NCBI GenBank assembly: GCA_020348445.1
Contig: CP070751.1
Location: 4,876,506-4,940,505 of the forward strand
Length of the DNA stretch: 64,000 bases
Reading direction: 5' to 3'
From: Thermoplasmata archaeon
Lineage (GTDB): Archaea > Thermoplasmatota > Thermoplasmata > GCA-020350865
This document shows, in pieces, positions 9,581 to 20,548 of this stretch. Position numbers and translations under genes: made by a program. Within the stretch, counting starts at the first letter, position 1, and the number at the start of each line of letters is the position of its first letter. The notes below the pieces were generated by a model. It saw nothing but the letters and a program-made list of their open reading frames with translations. It was not told the DNA's origin and did no database searches.

Positions 9581-9949
9581 TTATAAAAGAGTCTGCACCT
9601 TCTCAACCACTGCATCAAGAGTCTCTGAGAGCAAAACTTGATCCATCCCCTCATTTACGAGGCACATCACCATTGCCTTGGTATCTGCACCTGTTATTAT
9701 GACATCCCCGTCATTTGTCTCAATAATTATCCTTGAGGGCAGGCCCATATCACTTTTTAAGGTTATGTTCTTTGCTGCTCCTAGGATCGTGGCGCCCATC
9801 ATGGCAAATATCTCTTGCGGCATCGTATACTTATCAAAATTCGAGGCCAAAAGAGCCCCATCTTTTCTGATAATGGCGGCTGCATCCACAGCTTTCTTTT
9901 CCTTCAGATCGTCAACGATATCCTTCATCTGTTCTCTGGTAGTTACCAT
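9581..9949 (-). CDS. Roadblock/LC7 (MglB-like) domain protein
   Basis: AAAIIRKDGALLASN...FAMMGATILGAA...IIIETNDGDVIITG. Start set at ATG 9949, after a GGGGTTG RBS. Confidence 0.85.
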   Translation of the reverse strand: MVTTREQMKDIVDDLKEKKAVDAAAIIRKDGALLASNFDKYTMPQEIFAMMGATILGAAKNITLKSDMGLPSRIIIETNDGDVIITGADTKAMVMCLVNEGMDQVLLSETLDAVVEKVQTLL

Positions 9950-10134
9950 ATTTTCAACCCCTGATTGTGGATTTTCCCCCTTTTTCCCTGAAACTACATC
10001 ATAAATAATAACTTTTTCTGTATAAATTTCGTGCAAGAGAATGATGTTTACATTTTGTTCGTCTACTCGATCTTATATATGAAACGAGGTAGCGAAAAAT
10101 AAATGCCAATTAGAATGCATTATAGTGCGAGAAA

Positions 10135-10725
10135 ATGGATGTACCCCACGCCCTTTACATCGAATGTCCTTCATGCAAAGAAGAAACCCTTCACAGGGTT
10201 ATCAAGGGTAGTTTAAGTGAAAAAAAGGAAATTGTTCTGGATGCCCTTGTGAAGTGTTCCAAATGCGGCCATAGGCACCCAAGTATCATACGGACCGAGA
10301 GACCTGTGGTGGTACCAGTTATCGTAAGTGAACAAGAAAAATCGCAAAAAAACGAACTTGAGCTTCCAAGTCAAGAAAATGTAAATATTGGAAATGAGTT
10401 TCAATTGGGCAGAGGTATGATTAAAATAACGGCAATAGAGACCAAATTCGGGAGAGTGGATAGTGCCATTGGAAAGGATGTGACAACCCTATGGGCAAAA
10501 AAGTTCGATAGATTAAAGCTGAAGATATCCATAAACAAAGGGGGAAAAACATTAACCAGAACAATCTGGGCTGTTCCTGATGAGGAGTTCTTCATCGGTG
10601 ATGTGATGAGAATAAAGGGTCTGAACTTCACAATTCATCGAATCAAAACCCAGGATAAGATCATAAAGAAGGGAAGCGTCCCTGCAAGGAACATAGTAAG
10701 GCTCTATGGGAAACCCATCAGATAA
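10135..10725 (+). CDS. HVO_0476-family archaeal zinc finger protein (COG1326-like)
   Basis: ECPSCKEETLHRVIKG...VKCSKCGHRH, VPVIVSEQEKS, VTTLWAK, and the duplicated C-terminal half typical of the family. Confidence 0.85.
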   Translation: MDVPHALYIECPSCKEETLHRVIKGSLSEKKEIVLDALVKCSKCGHRHPSIIRTERPVVVPVIVSEQEKSQKNELELPSQENVNIGNEFQLGRGMIKITAIETKFGRVDSAIGKDVTTLWAKKFDRLKLKISINKGGKTLTRTIWAVPDEEFFIGDVMRIKGLNFTIHRIKTQDKIIKKGSVPARNIVRLYGKPIR

Positions 10726-10734
10726 GGTGATCTA

Positions 10735-11391
10735 TTGGAATATGAATTAGAAAGAAAAAAACTCATAGATAGTCTTGTTCGTCGGGGATACATTTCCAAA
10801 CCCGAGATCATCAAGGCCATGATGAAAGTACCCAGACATCTTTTTGTACCAAAGGAGATCGAGCCCTATGCATATCACGATTGCCCGCAACAGATTGGCT
10901 GTGGGCAAACCATCTCTGCACCGCATATGGTGGGCATCATGGTGGAGAAACTGGATCTTGCACCTGGGCAGAAGGTACTGGAGGTTGGGGGCGGAAGTGG
11001 ATACCATGCCGCTGTTGTGGCACAGATTGTGGGTCTAAAAGGACATGTTTATTCTGTGGAATTTGTTAAAGAGTTGACAAAAATTGGGAAGGAGAACATA
11101 AAAAAGTGCGGTCTTGGAGAAATCGTAACCATGATAAATGGCGACGGTTCATTGGGTCTTCCTGAGTACGCCCCGTACGATAGGATATATGTTACATGTG
11201 CTTCACCTGACTTACCTGCTCCACTGATTGAGCAGCTCAAGGACAAGGGAAAGCTCTTGATACCCTCAGGAGGGAGACATTATCAGACCCTGGTTTATCT
11301 TGAAAAGAAGGGCAAGAAGATCGTAAAAAAGGATTACGGTGGTTGTGTTTTCGTGCCACTGAGAGGTGAGTACGGATTCAAATTATATTAA
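10735..11391 (+). CDS. pcm: Protein-L-isoaspartate O-methyltransferase
   Basis: QTISAPHMV, VLEVGGGSGYHAA, GDGSLG..APYDRIYVT motifs; TTG start after the RBS AGGTGA. Confidence 0.95.
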   Translation: MEYELERKKLIDSLVRRGYISKPEIIKAMMKVPRHLFVPKEIEPYAYHDCPQQIGCGQTISAPHMVGIMVEKLDLAPGQKVLEVGGGSGYHAAVVAQIVGLKGHVYSVEFVKELTKIGKENIKKCGLGEIVTMINGDGSLGLPEYAPYDRIYVTCASPDLPAPLIEQLKDKGKLLIPSGGRHYQTLVYLEKKGKKIVKKDYGGCVFVPLRGEYGFKLY

Positions 11392-11695
11392 ATGTCAGCA
11401 TAGTATTTTAAAAGTTAAGCATGTGGGATTGCCTTTTTATGCAAGTTAAAATTGTTAGAATTCTTCAAGGAGGATTCGTTAAATTATTTTAATTTTTTCA
11501 GATTGATAGTAATATTTTTATAGCCATAATGTGTTTAAGGTCACACTGGGGAGGAGTCTAAGGCAATGCGTAAAAAAAGAGGGGCGAGGATAGAAATTCT
11601 ACAAAAGTAACGGACTGATGTTGAGACCTTTTCTCTTCTTTTTGGCGCTCCCTTTTGGCTGAGCCCTAGGAAAAATTGATAGGAGGAAGATGTAA

Positions 11696-14600
11696 ATGAA
11701 ACCAAAGATAATACTTGCGTTTTTGTGTGTGTTTGTGGTGGCTACTGTTATTGCGGTAGCGGTGAACGTTGGTGTGCAAATAGGGGACACGACACCAAAT
11801 GACTTGGATGGCGGGGGAATGGTAACAAAAGAACAACCTGAGCCTGGTGAAGAACTTCCCGAAATGATGCCCGAAGATGTATCCTCCACCGAAACAGTCG
11901 ATGAAGAAAACCTTCCCGTAAATCCACCTGAAGAAGAACCTAAAAATGAGTTATATTACGATGATTGGATCGTCTCTGAGGAGATAATCATAGAAAACAG
12001 TCGGATAACAGTGGACGGTAACATCGTAGTGACTTCCACTGGCTCTCTGATTCTGAAAAACGTAGAGCTAACATGTCATGACGTCAATATAGAGGCAGGG
12101 GGAAATTTTTGGATTGACCCGAGCGTGGTGATAAGCCATGATGTCTATGTGGGTTCGGGTTCAACACTGACACTGATTGCCACCACATGGATGATGGATT
12201 GCACCTACGATGGACAGTATGGAATACAGGTGAATAGCTCGGCCACCATGATCATAAAAAGTGGAAGCATAATCACAGCTGTGAATCCAGATTATGAATA
12301 CTGGTTTAAGGTGAATAATGGAGCAGTATTCGAAATGCGGGATAGTGAATTGCATGAGTGCGGGTGGCAGTGGCCCCCGGGTGGATTAGAGATAAATACA
12401 CCAAATGTGATTATCGATAATAACTTGATCTCCAACAACTATTATGGTTTCCTTTTGACTTCCGACAATAATTACATCGCAAACAATACAATTACCGATA
12501 ACCAAAGGGGTATGTATGTTTATGGTTCGAATAACAATCTGATTGTGAACAACATAGTTACAAACAACGTTGGCAGAGGTATCAATTTAGGATATTACAG
12601 TGATAACAACCTTATTACTGACAACTGGTGCTCAGGCAATACCATCGGAATTCGCGTGGGTCACTATAATGATAACAACCTCATTACAGATAACACATGC
12701 TTTTCGAATAGCCAGTGGGGTATAAATCTCTATTTATCGGATTCGAATATAATCACGAACAATAATGTATCGAACAATGCAGGGGGCATTGGTCTGGAGT
12801 CCTCGAATAATAACCTAGTATATCATAACAATATCATAGGAAACTCCGTTCAGGCAAATGATGACGCACCAGCAAATAACGATTGGCATGATACCGGTCT
12901 ACTCGAAGGTAACTACTGGTCCGACTATACAGGTGTGGACGATGGCTCAGGAATGGGAAAACATGCAGACCAAGGAGACGGCATCGGTGATACCCTAATT
13001 CCTCATCCTACCACAGATTACGATTTCTATCCCTTGGTCCATTCCTGGGGATCTGTCATAAATATAAATACAGGAGAGATATTTCCTGCTATCCAACCCG
13101 CGATTGATGATTCGAATACCCTTAATGGACACATGATAAAGGTGTATGGTGGAACATACCACGAAAATGTGAAGGTGTATAAAGAGGTATATGTAATTGG
13201 AGAGGGTTGGGATGTAACCACTGTTGAGGCATTTGACCCAAATGACCATGGATTTTATGTCACCGCTGATTTCACTAGAATTGCTGGATTCAAAGTAACT
13301 GGGGCAACTGGAGGATCACCATATTTTGCCTCTGGAATATATTTCGATGATATTGATTTATTCGACTGTATTTATAACAATCTAACAGGAAACCACTATG
13401 GCATTTATGCCGAGGATTGCTACAAAGGCCTGATAGGACACAATAGTGTTTCTCAAAATCACTTTGGGATTTACCCAGCATATAATAATGATCAGAATCT
13501 CATATCACAAAACGTGGCAAATTTCAACACATATTATGGAATAGTATTATGGTCTGGTTCTGATTATAATACCATTAGTCATAACAGTGTTAGATATAAT
13601 GGAGCAGGTGGCATCACTTTAGGATTCAGCGATTGGAACGCTATCTATTCCAATGAAGCTAAGAATAATAAATATGGTATAGAATTCCAGCAGCCAAGTG
13701 ATAATAACACAATAAAGCTTAACACTATTATGTATAATGAACATGGAATTAATTTAAAAGGATCGAGTTCAAATACCATTGAAAAAAATACCATAACGAA
13801 CAACGACTACGGAATCTATCTTAGATTATCGAGTTTATATAACGAGGTTCATTACAACAATATCAATGGTGATGATAACAAATATTATGGCATTTATGCA
13901 AATCCTGATTCACCTGTTAATGCGACCTTAAACTGGTGGGGACATCCCAGCGGTCCATACGACCCCTCAGATGATACAGGATCCGGTGGCTGGTATAATC
14001 CTTTTGGGCTTGGTGACAATGTCTCTGATTATGTTGAATACGATCCTTGGTTGGGTGCACCATTTAATACACTTTATGTCGACGATGACGCTACCGGCTT
14101 TGAGGATGGATCACTTGCGCATCCGTACAACACCATTACCGAGGCAGTGAACAATGCGATGCCAGGGTATAATGTTTTTATTTTTGATGGAACATATTAT
14201 GAGAATGTGGTGATAAATAAGATACTAACATTCTACAGTAACACTGCAGGTATACATTTAAATGGCCATCTGACAATAGTAAGTGGTGGAAGTCTAACAC
14301 TAAAATGCTTTAAACTGATGATGAACTCCACAGTTATGGGTGAGTTCGGGATCTACGTTAACCACGGTGGCAAGTTATTTATTATGGGCTCTCCAGGTAC
14401 ACCTTCGATTATTACCAATGGAGTCAATGCATCAGCATATTATGAGTTCCAGGTAAGAAATGGATCAAAATTCGAGATGTTCGACAGTGAGGTGGAATAT
14501 GCGGGACATGCTTGGAACCTTCCTGAGTACAACGAGGCAGGGCTTTGGATTAATACAGACAATGTTCTTATCCATAATAGCGAGATACACCACAACAATT

Positions 14601-17600
14601 ACCATGGGCTCATACTTTACAACTCCAGTGGCCATCACATTATCAATTGCACCATCCACCACAACTCCTGGAGCGGTATCTGGGGAAGGAATTCACAAAA
14701 TAATCTAATAGATGAAAACACCATTTATAATAATGGATGGGACGGAATTCGCCTTTCAAATGCAGCAGGTTCCGTAATCAATCAAAATACCATTAATTCA
14801 AATGGTGATGATGGTATCGACGTATCATCTGGCACGGTAATAATTGGCAATGTTGTAAATAACGCAGCTGATAATGGAATCGAAGTGAGTAATTCACCAT
14901 TTTCCTTAATCATTGCTAACATCGTGACAAATAGTGGGGATGATGGAATATTAATAAAGAATTCACCGAATAGTATAATATTCGATAATATGGCCAAGTT
15001 CAACGATGTCCCAGTGGATGACGGAACAGGCCTTGTTGTGTTGGATTCTGATAACTGCCAAATAACATATAATATATTGGAAGAGAATTGGCGCGGAATG
15101 TACCTCCAGGACTCGGATTACTGCACAATAAGTAACAATGCTGTAAATTATAATTCCGGGGACCATGGAATCGAACTGTACCAAGCCTACCATAGTACCA
15201 TAACAAATAATACCGCAAACAACAATGGTTACACAGGAATCACCGCACCCACTGTCGATATCATCTATAATAACACGGCAAATGACAACGGCAATGACGG
15301 GATTTCTATAACATCATCCCCCAATATAGAACTACATCATAATACGGTGATAGATAACGGGGATGATGGTATCGCAGTATCATCTTCACATGATATTATA
15401 ATACACAACAATTCAGCATATGACAATGGAGACGATGGGATCGTTGTTTCATCTTCTGAATATGCGATAATTAAGGACAACATGGCCAGTGATAATCATG
15501 GAGATGGCGTGTCAGTATCCTCTTCACAAGGGACTGTTATATATAATGTTATAGCGACTGGTAACGGTCATGTGGGAATCAGAGTAACTCATTCCAAAGA
15601 TAGCAAAATTACAGATAATACGGCAAGCTTTAGCGGACACGGTATATACGTGGGTTCATCATCTGACTGCTTGATAGACAACAACTATGCAAACAACTGT
15701 GGAGACGATGGAATCATCGTAAGTGGTTCTCCAAGGTGTGTAATAAGCAACAACTTTGCCAATCTAAATAACGTAGCATCAGATATCGGAACCGGTTTTG
15801 TGGTTCTATCTTCTGCCGAAACAGAAATAAAATATAATGAAGCGATTCTCAACTATCGTGGGATGTATGTCGAAAACTCCTTAAGTTGTGACATTCACGA
15901 TAATGAGGTGAATGAAAACACCTGGTACGGCGTCCATCTCTATTATTCTGATAACAGCACTATAACCGGTAACAACGTGAGTTTCAATTCAGGGGAATGG
16001 GATTCAGTGGGAGTCTATCTTTCGTATTCTGATGATCCTGTAATTACATCCAACTTAATCTCTTCAAATTGGCATGGATTAAAATTGTGGCACTCCCATG
16101 ATAGTACAATTACACATAATGAAGTGAACATGAACTCGAGATCTGGTATATCTCTGGAGTACAGCGGAAAAGTCAGCACCAATCCACTTATATACGATAA
16201 TACCGCGAATTCAAACGGTGGAAGCGGCATTTCTCTGACACATTCAGATTATGTAGATATTGACTTCAACGTCGCAATGTTCAACTCCCGTGGCATTTCA
16301 CTTACTTCATCAGATCATGTTACAATAACTGACAATACAGCAAACAGCAACGGCTATGGCATATATTTGGGTGGATCAAACCATAACGTGATCTACAATA
16401 ACTATGCTGAAAGGATTGGAGGAGCGGGCACATACGGTATTTATCTGAGATCTTCTAGCAATAACAACATATCACATAATTACGCAAAATACAACTATTT
16501 TGGCATCTCACTTGTATGGTCCAGCAATCATAACACTGTATTACTTAACGATGTGAGATTCTGCATAGATTACGGTGCATATTTGTACAGAGCCCATCAC
16601 AATACATTGGATCAAAATGATTTCGAAACCTCAAACGGAATTGGTGTCTATCTGGAGCAGTCCGACAATAATGACATAACCTACAATAATGTGATGTTTG
16701 CCTCAAATTATGGCATTAGCCTCTTTGAATCAGATTTGAACACGATGTTCAAAAATACAGCAGAATATTGTGATATCGGGATCTCATTAAGATGGTCACA
16801 TTATAATGATATAATAAGTAATTGGGTGGATAATAACAACAACATAGGAGTCGATTTGTGGCTTTCAGACAACAACACGGTAACCGACAACTCAGTTGAT
16901 AATAATCCCAACTATGGGATACATCTATACTCCTCAGACAATAACCTCATCATCGATAACGATGCTAATTCTAACGGAATAGGCATTTATCTGGACTGGT
17001 CAAAGAACAACATCATAGATTCAAATACCGCTACCTTAAATAACCTGATAGGTATAGCAGTGTTCTGGGAAAGTGACGGAAATATAATCATCGATAACAA
17101 CGCGAACTTTAACGTGAACGAAAGCATCCGTATTTCCTATTCGGATAACAATCTTGTAGAGGACAACCAGGCATCCGGAAGCATCATCGGAATACATCTA
17201 GACTGGTCGGATAATAATATTGTCCAGTACAACAACGCAGATAATAATGTCGTGGGCATCCGTTGCGAATGGTTCAGCGACAATAATGTGATAGAGGACA
17301 ATTCGGCCACTGGTGGTGTTATTGGAATTTCTCTGGAATGGTCCTCTTTAAATGATGTCATTGGCAATGATGCTAGCTACAACAATGTAAGTATAATGCT
17401 GGAATGGTACAGTGACATCAATACTATCCTCGATAATATCGCTTGCTACAGTGATTTCGGTATCTATCTTGATTGGTACTGTGATAATAACTCGATCTTG
17501 TACAACAATGCCAGTTATAATGTCCTAAACGGGATCACTTTGGAAAAATCCGAATATAATTTCGTGGATAACAATACGATCATTAGCAATGATATCGGAT

Positions 17601-20440
17601 TAAAGTTGACTTCCGGCCATAATAATATTATCGGTTTCAATTTTTTCATGCTAAACAACATAGCCATCTTCCTAGACCCATCAAATTACAATATTCTCTA
17701 TGACAATATGGTTGTAAACAATCTAGTGGGCATAAATGTAGAGGAATCTGTGGGTAATTTGATATATCGCAACAATTTCAAAGACAATGTTGACCAAGCA
17801 TGTTGCGAGCCCGACTGCGGTTGTGCTGATAATGATAACTTCTGGCATCACCCCGATCTGCTGGAAGGCAATTACTGGTCTGATTATCCAGGTGCTGACG
17901 ACGGAAGCGGTACAGGGAAACATGCAATTGCAGGTGACGCAATAGGCGACACCGATTTACCGTGGGGATGCTATGACGACTATCCATTCGTGATAGAAAA
18001 CGCATGGATAGGAGGAATAGAGCATGCGCCTTTTGCCAGTGCAAATGGTCCATATTCCGTGGACGAAGGTTCGCCTGTTAATTTCGATGCATCAGATTCT
18101 TACGACCTCGACGGCGATCCACTAGAATACAGATGGGATATGGATGGTGATGGCATATGGGATACCCCATGGAGTACCAGTCCCTACGCAACGTACACTT
18201 GGTACGACGATTATACTGGGATTGCTATAGTTGAGGTAACCGATGGTACATATTCAGATACTCACTCTACCAATGTCATCGTGAACAATGTCGCACCTAC
18301 AGCAGATTTTGGGAATAATGGGCCAAAGGATGAGGGGAGCACGGTGACAGTATCGTTCACCAACCAGTACGATCCCGGTCTTTTCGATACGGTCTTCACG
18401 TACTCATTCGACTGGGAAAATGATGGCACATATGATATTGTAGACCAGACAGGTTCCTCAGCCACGCATACCTGGAACGACAACGGGATCTTCACCGTGA
18501 AAGGAAAAATCATGGACAAGGACGGTGGATATACCGAATACACCACCGATGTCACCGTGAACAATGTTGCACCAACCGTAGATGCGGGTTCTGATCAAGC
18601 TGCAGACGAAGGAGACACTGTTTCATTCTCAGGCACATTCACAGATCCCGGCTCTGAGGATACACATACCATAGAATGGGATTACAACTATGACGGAATA
18701 ACATTTACAGTGGATGATTCCGGTTCCTTAACAACAAGTACCGTGTTTGCTGATAACGGTGTTTTCATTGTGGCATTGAGGGTAACAGACGATGATGGTG
18801 ATGAAGGATTGGACACCCTCACAGTCACGGTGAGCAATGTTCCACCTATTGCAATTGCTGAGGTTTCGCAATACGTTGTTGATGAAGGCACTCCTTTGAA
18901 TTTCTATGGAAGCCAAATTGATCCCGGAGCTGACACGTTCACATATCTTTGGGAGTTTGGTGATGGCGGCAGTAGCACCGATCAAAATCCAACGTATGTG
19001 TATATGGATAACGGTGTGTATACTGTCGATTTCACAGTAACAGACGATGATGGTGATTCAGGCACCACGACATTAACGATATACGTAATTGACCAAGCAC
19101 CAATAGCTGATGCAGGTCCAGACAGAACAGTAACCATAGTTGATGTAGTGACCTTCGATGCCTCTGGATCTTCGAGCTATCCAGATCCTTTGACATTATA
19201 TGCGTGGGACTACGACGGCGATGGGGAGTTTGATGCCACTGGACTTGTGGTGACGCATACCTTTGATAAAGTAGGTATATATACCGTGATTCTAACTGTC
19301 ACCGATGATGACGGAAGCATGGATACAGATACCGCGATAATCACGGTGCTTGCCCCAGGAGTGGACCTACTTCCAAGCGAGGTCACATTTTCACCAGAAA
19401 GTCCGGTAGATATAGGAGTTTCAGTGACAATTTCTGCAGATATCACGAATTTCGGTGCAACCGATGCTGCCAGTGTAATCGTAAGATTCTACGACGGAAA
19501 TCCTGATGAGAATGGGGACGGCAGCCCTGATACCGGAGCTGTTCAAATAGGAAGCGATATCGTATTTTCCAGCATCGCATCAGAAGAGACTGTTTTCGCT
19601 TCTGTAACATGGACTTCGACGCTAGGTTATCATGATATCTATGTTTGGGCAGATCCCGACAATTATGTTCCTGAATACGATGATACAAACAACCAGGCAT
19701 TTGATATGATCCTTGTAGGGCCAGATCTTGTTCCCAGCAACCTGGTATTTTCACCGGAAAGTCCAGTAGGTGAGGGAGATACAGTCACAATTTCCGTGGA
19801 TATCACAAATGAAGGAGGTACCACAGTCACCAATGTTCTCGTTCGATTCTACGAAGAATATCCGGATGCAAACGACGACGGTTTCGAGGATCCAAGTGCC
19901 GATCAGATAGGTGATGTAATAATACCAAGCCTTGGCCCAGGAGCCACGACCACAGTTACAATGACATGGATTCCATCTAGCATAGGCACATATGAAATCT
20001 CAGTATGGGTGGACCCAGCAATCCAGCCAGATCATAATGGAGCGATATTGGAAGCAATAGAAACGAACAACATCGCATCGGAAGTAATGAACGTCGGACC
20101 CGATCTCTCAATCGTATTCACAGACATTTCATTCTCAGATAATCCAGCTTCAGAAGGGACCATTGTCACGATAACGGCAGTAATCCACAACGATGGTGGA
20201 CAGGATGCAAATGATGTTGTGGTCAACATTTATGACAATGAGAAAAAGAAGAAGAACCTGATTGGCAGCATCACCATATCCACTATACCTGCAGGTGATT
20301 CATATACAGTGACCATCACGTTCGATACTACCGGGGAAGCTGGATATCACAATATTTGGGTGGTAATAGATCCCAAGGACGATATCGAAGAGTACGACGA
20401 AACCAATAACGAAGCTTACAATGTGTTGAACGTTGTATAA
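11696..20440 (+). CDS. Giant exported right-handed beta-helix (NosD/PbH1 repeat) protein with PKD and three CARDB domains
   Basis: N-terminal hydrophobic segment; dozens of GIxLxxSxNNxIxxN repeats; PKD motifs (YxWDFGDG, TLTVTDDDG); three DLxxxxxxFSxxxP..G..VTIxxxIxNxG CARDB units. RBS AGGAGG at 11681. Confidence 0.9.
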   Translation: MKPKIILAFLCVFVVATVIAVAVNVGVQIGDTTPNDLDGGGMVTKEQPEPGEELPEMMPEDVSSTETVDEENLPVNPPEEEPKNELYYDDWIVSEEIIIENSRITVDGNIVVTSTGSLILKNVELTCHDVNIEAGGNFWIDPSVVISHDVYVGSGSTLTLIATTWMMDCTYDGQYGIQVNSSATMIIKSGSIITAVNPDYEYWFKVNNGAVFEMRDSELHECGWQWPPGGLEINTPNVIIDNNLISNNYYGFLLTSDNNYIANNTITDNQRGMYVYGSNNNLIVNNIVTNNVGRGINLGYYSDNNLITDNWCSGNTIGIRVGHYNDNNLITDNTCFSNSQWGINLYLSDSNIITNNNVSNNAGGIGLESSNNNLVYHNNIIGNSVQANDDAPANNDWHDTGLLEGNYWSDYTGVDDGSGMGKHADQGDGIGDTLIPHPTTDYDFYPLVHSWGSVININTGEIFPAIQPAIDDSNTLNGHMIKVYGGTYHENVKVYKEVYVIGEGWDVTTVEAFDPNDHGFYVTADFTRIAGFKVTGATGGSPYFASGIYFDDIDLFDCIYNNLTGNHYGIYAEDCYKGLIGHNSVSQNHFGIYPAYNNDQNLISQNVANFNTYYGIVLWSGSDYNTISHNSVRYNGAGGITLGFSDWNAIYSNEAKNNKYGIEFQQPSDNNTIKLNTIMYNEHGINLKGSSSNTIEKNTITNNDYGIYLRLSSLYNEVHYNNINGDDNKYYGIYANPDSPVNATLNWWGHPSGPYDPSDDTGSGGWYNPFGLGDNVSDYVEYDPWLGAPFNTLYVDDDATGFEDGSLAHPYNTITEAVNNAMPGYNVFIFDGTYYENVVINKILTFYSNTAGIHLNGHLTIVSGGSLTLKCFKLMMNSTVMGEFGIYVNHGGKLFIMGSPGTPSIITNGVNASAYYEFQVRNGSKFEMFDSEVEYAGHAWNLPEYNEAGLWINTDNVLIHNSEIHHNNYHGLILYNSSGHHIINCTIHHNSWSGIWGRNSQNNLIDENTIYNNGWDGIRLSNAAGSVINQNTINSNGDDGIDVSSGTVIIGNVVNNAADNGIEVSNSPFSLIIANIVTNSGDDGILIKNSPNSIIFDNMAKFNDVPVDDGTGLVVLDSDNCQITYNILEENWRGMYLQDSDYCTISNNAVNYNSGDHGIELYQAYHSTITNNTANNNGYTGITAPTVDIIYNNTANDNGNDGISITSSPNIELHHNTVIDNGDDGIAVSSSHDIIIHNNSAYDNGDDGIVVSSSEYAIIKDNMASDNHGDGVSVSSSQGTVIYNVIATGNGHVGIRVTHSKDSKITDNTASFSGHGIYVGSSSDCLIDNNYANNCGDDGIIVSGSPRCVISNNFANLNNVASDIGTGFVVLSSAETEIKYNEAILNYRGMYVENSLSCDIHDNEVNENTWYGVHLYYSDNSTITGNNVSFNSGEWDSVGVYLSYSDDPVITSNLISSNWHGLKLWHSHDSTITHNEVNMNSRSGISLEYSGKVSTNPLIYDNTANSNGGSGISLTHSDYVDIDFNVAMFNSRGISLTSSDHVTITDNTANSNGYGIYLGGSNHNVIYNNYAERIGGAGTYGIYLRSSSNNNISHNYAKYNYFGISLVWSSNHNTVLLNDVRFCIDYGAYLYRAHHNTLDQNDFETSNGIGVYLEQSDNNDITYNNVMFASNYGISLFESDLNTMFKNTAEYCDIGISLRWSHYNDIISNWVDNNNNIGVDLWLSDNNTVTDNSVDNNPNYGIHLYSSDNNLIIDNDANSNGIGIYLDWSKNNIIDSNTATLNNLIGIAVFWESDGNIIIDNNANFNVNESIRISYSDNNLVEDNQASGSIIGIHLDWSDNNIVQYNNADNNVVGIRCEWFSDNNVIEDNSATGGVIGISLEWSSLNDVIGNDASYNNVSIMLEWYSDINTILDNIACYSDFGIYLDWYCDNNSILYNNASYNVLNGITLEKSEYNFVDNNTIISNDIGLKLTSGHNNIIGFNFFMLNNIAIFLDPSNYNILYDNMVVNNLVGINVEESVGNLIYRNNFKDNVDQACCEPDCGCADNDNFWHHPDLLEGNYWSDYPGADDGSGTGKHAIAGDAIGDTDLPWGCYDDYPFVIENAWIGGIEHAPFASANGPYSVDEGSPVNFDASDSYDLDGDPLEYRWDMDGDGIWDTPWSTSPYATYTWYDDYTGIAIVEVTDGTYSDTHSTNVIVNNVAPTADFGNNGPKDEGSTVTVSFTNQYDPGLFDTVFTYSFDWENDGTYDIVDQTGSSATHTWNDNGIFTVKGKIMDKDGGYTEYTTDVTVNNVAPTVDAGSDQAADEGDTVSFSGTFTDPGSEDTHTIEWDYNYDGITFTVDDSGSLTTSTVFADNGVFIVALRVTDDDGDEGLDTLTVTVSNVPPIAIAEVSQYVVDEGTPLNFYGSQIDPGADTFTYLWEFGDGGSSTDQNPTYVYMDNGVYTVDFTVTDDDGDSGTTTLTIYVIDQAPIADAGPDRTVTIVDVVTFDASGSSSYPDPLTLYAWDYDGDGEFDATGLVVTHTFDKVGIYTVILTVTDDDGSMDTDTAIITVLAPGVDLLPSEVTFSPESPVDIGVSVTISADITNFGATDAASVIVRFYDGNPDENGDGSPDTGAVQIGSDIVFSSIASEETVFASVTWTSTLGYHDIYVWADPDNYVPEYDDTNNQAFDMILVGPDLVPSNLVFSPESPVGEGDTVTISVDITNEGGTTVTNVLVRFYEEYPDANDDGFEDPSADQIGDVIIPSLGPGATTTVTMTWIPSSIGTYEISVWVDPAIQPDHNGAILEAIETNNIASEVMNVGPDLSIVFTDISFSDNPASEGTIVTITAVIHNDGGQDANDVVVNIYDNEKKKKNLIGSITISTIPAGDSYTVTITFDTTGEAGYHNIWVVIDPKDDIEEYDETNNEAYNVLNVV

Positions 20441-20548
20441 TATAACTGAGAAACAGTTGATAGGAATAACCGAAGACTGGTGTAGCATCTGCTTTATCGA
20501 CAAAAATTTAATATGCACCCACCACCTTTGGGAACCCTGGGATGAACC

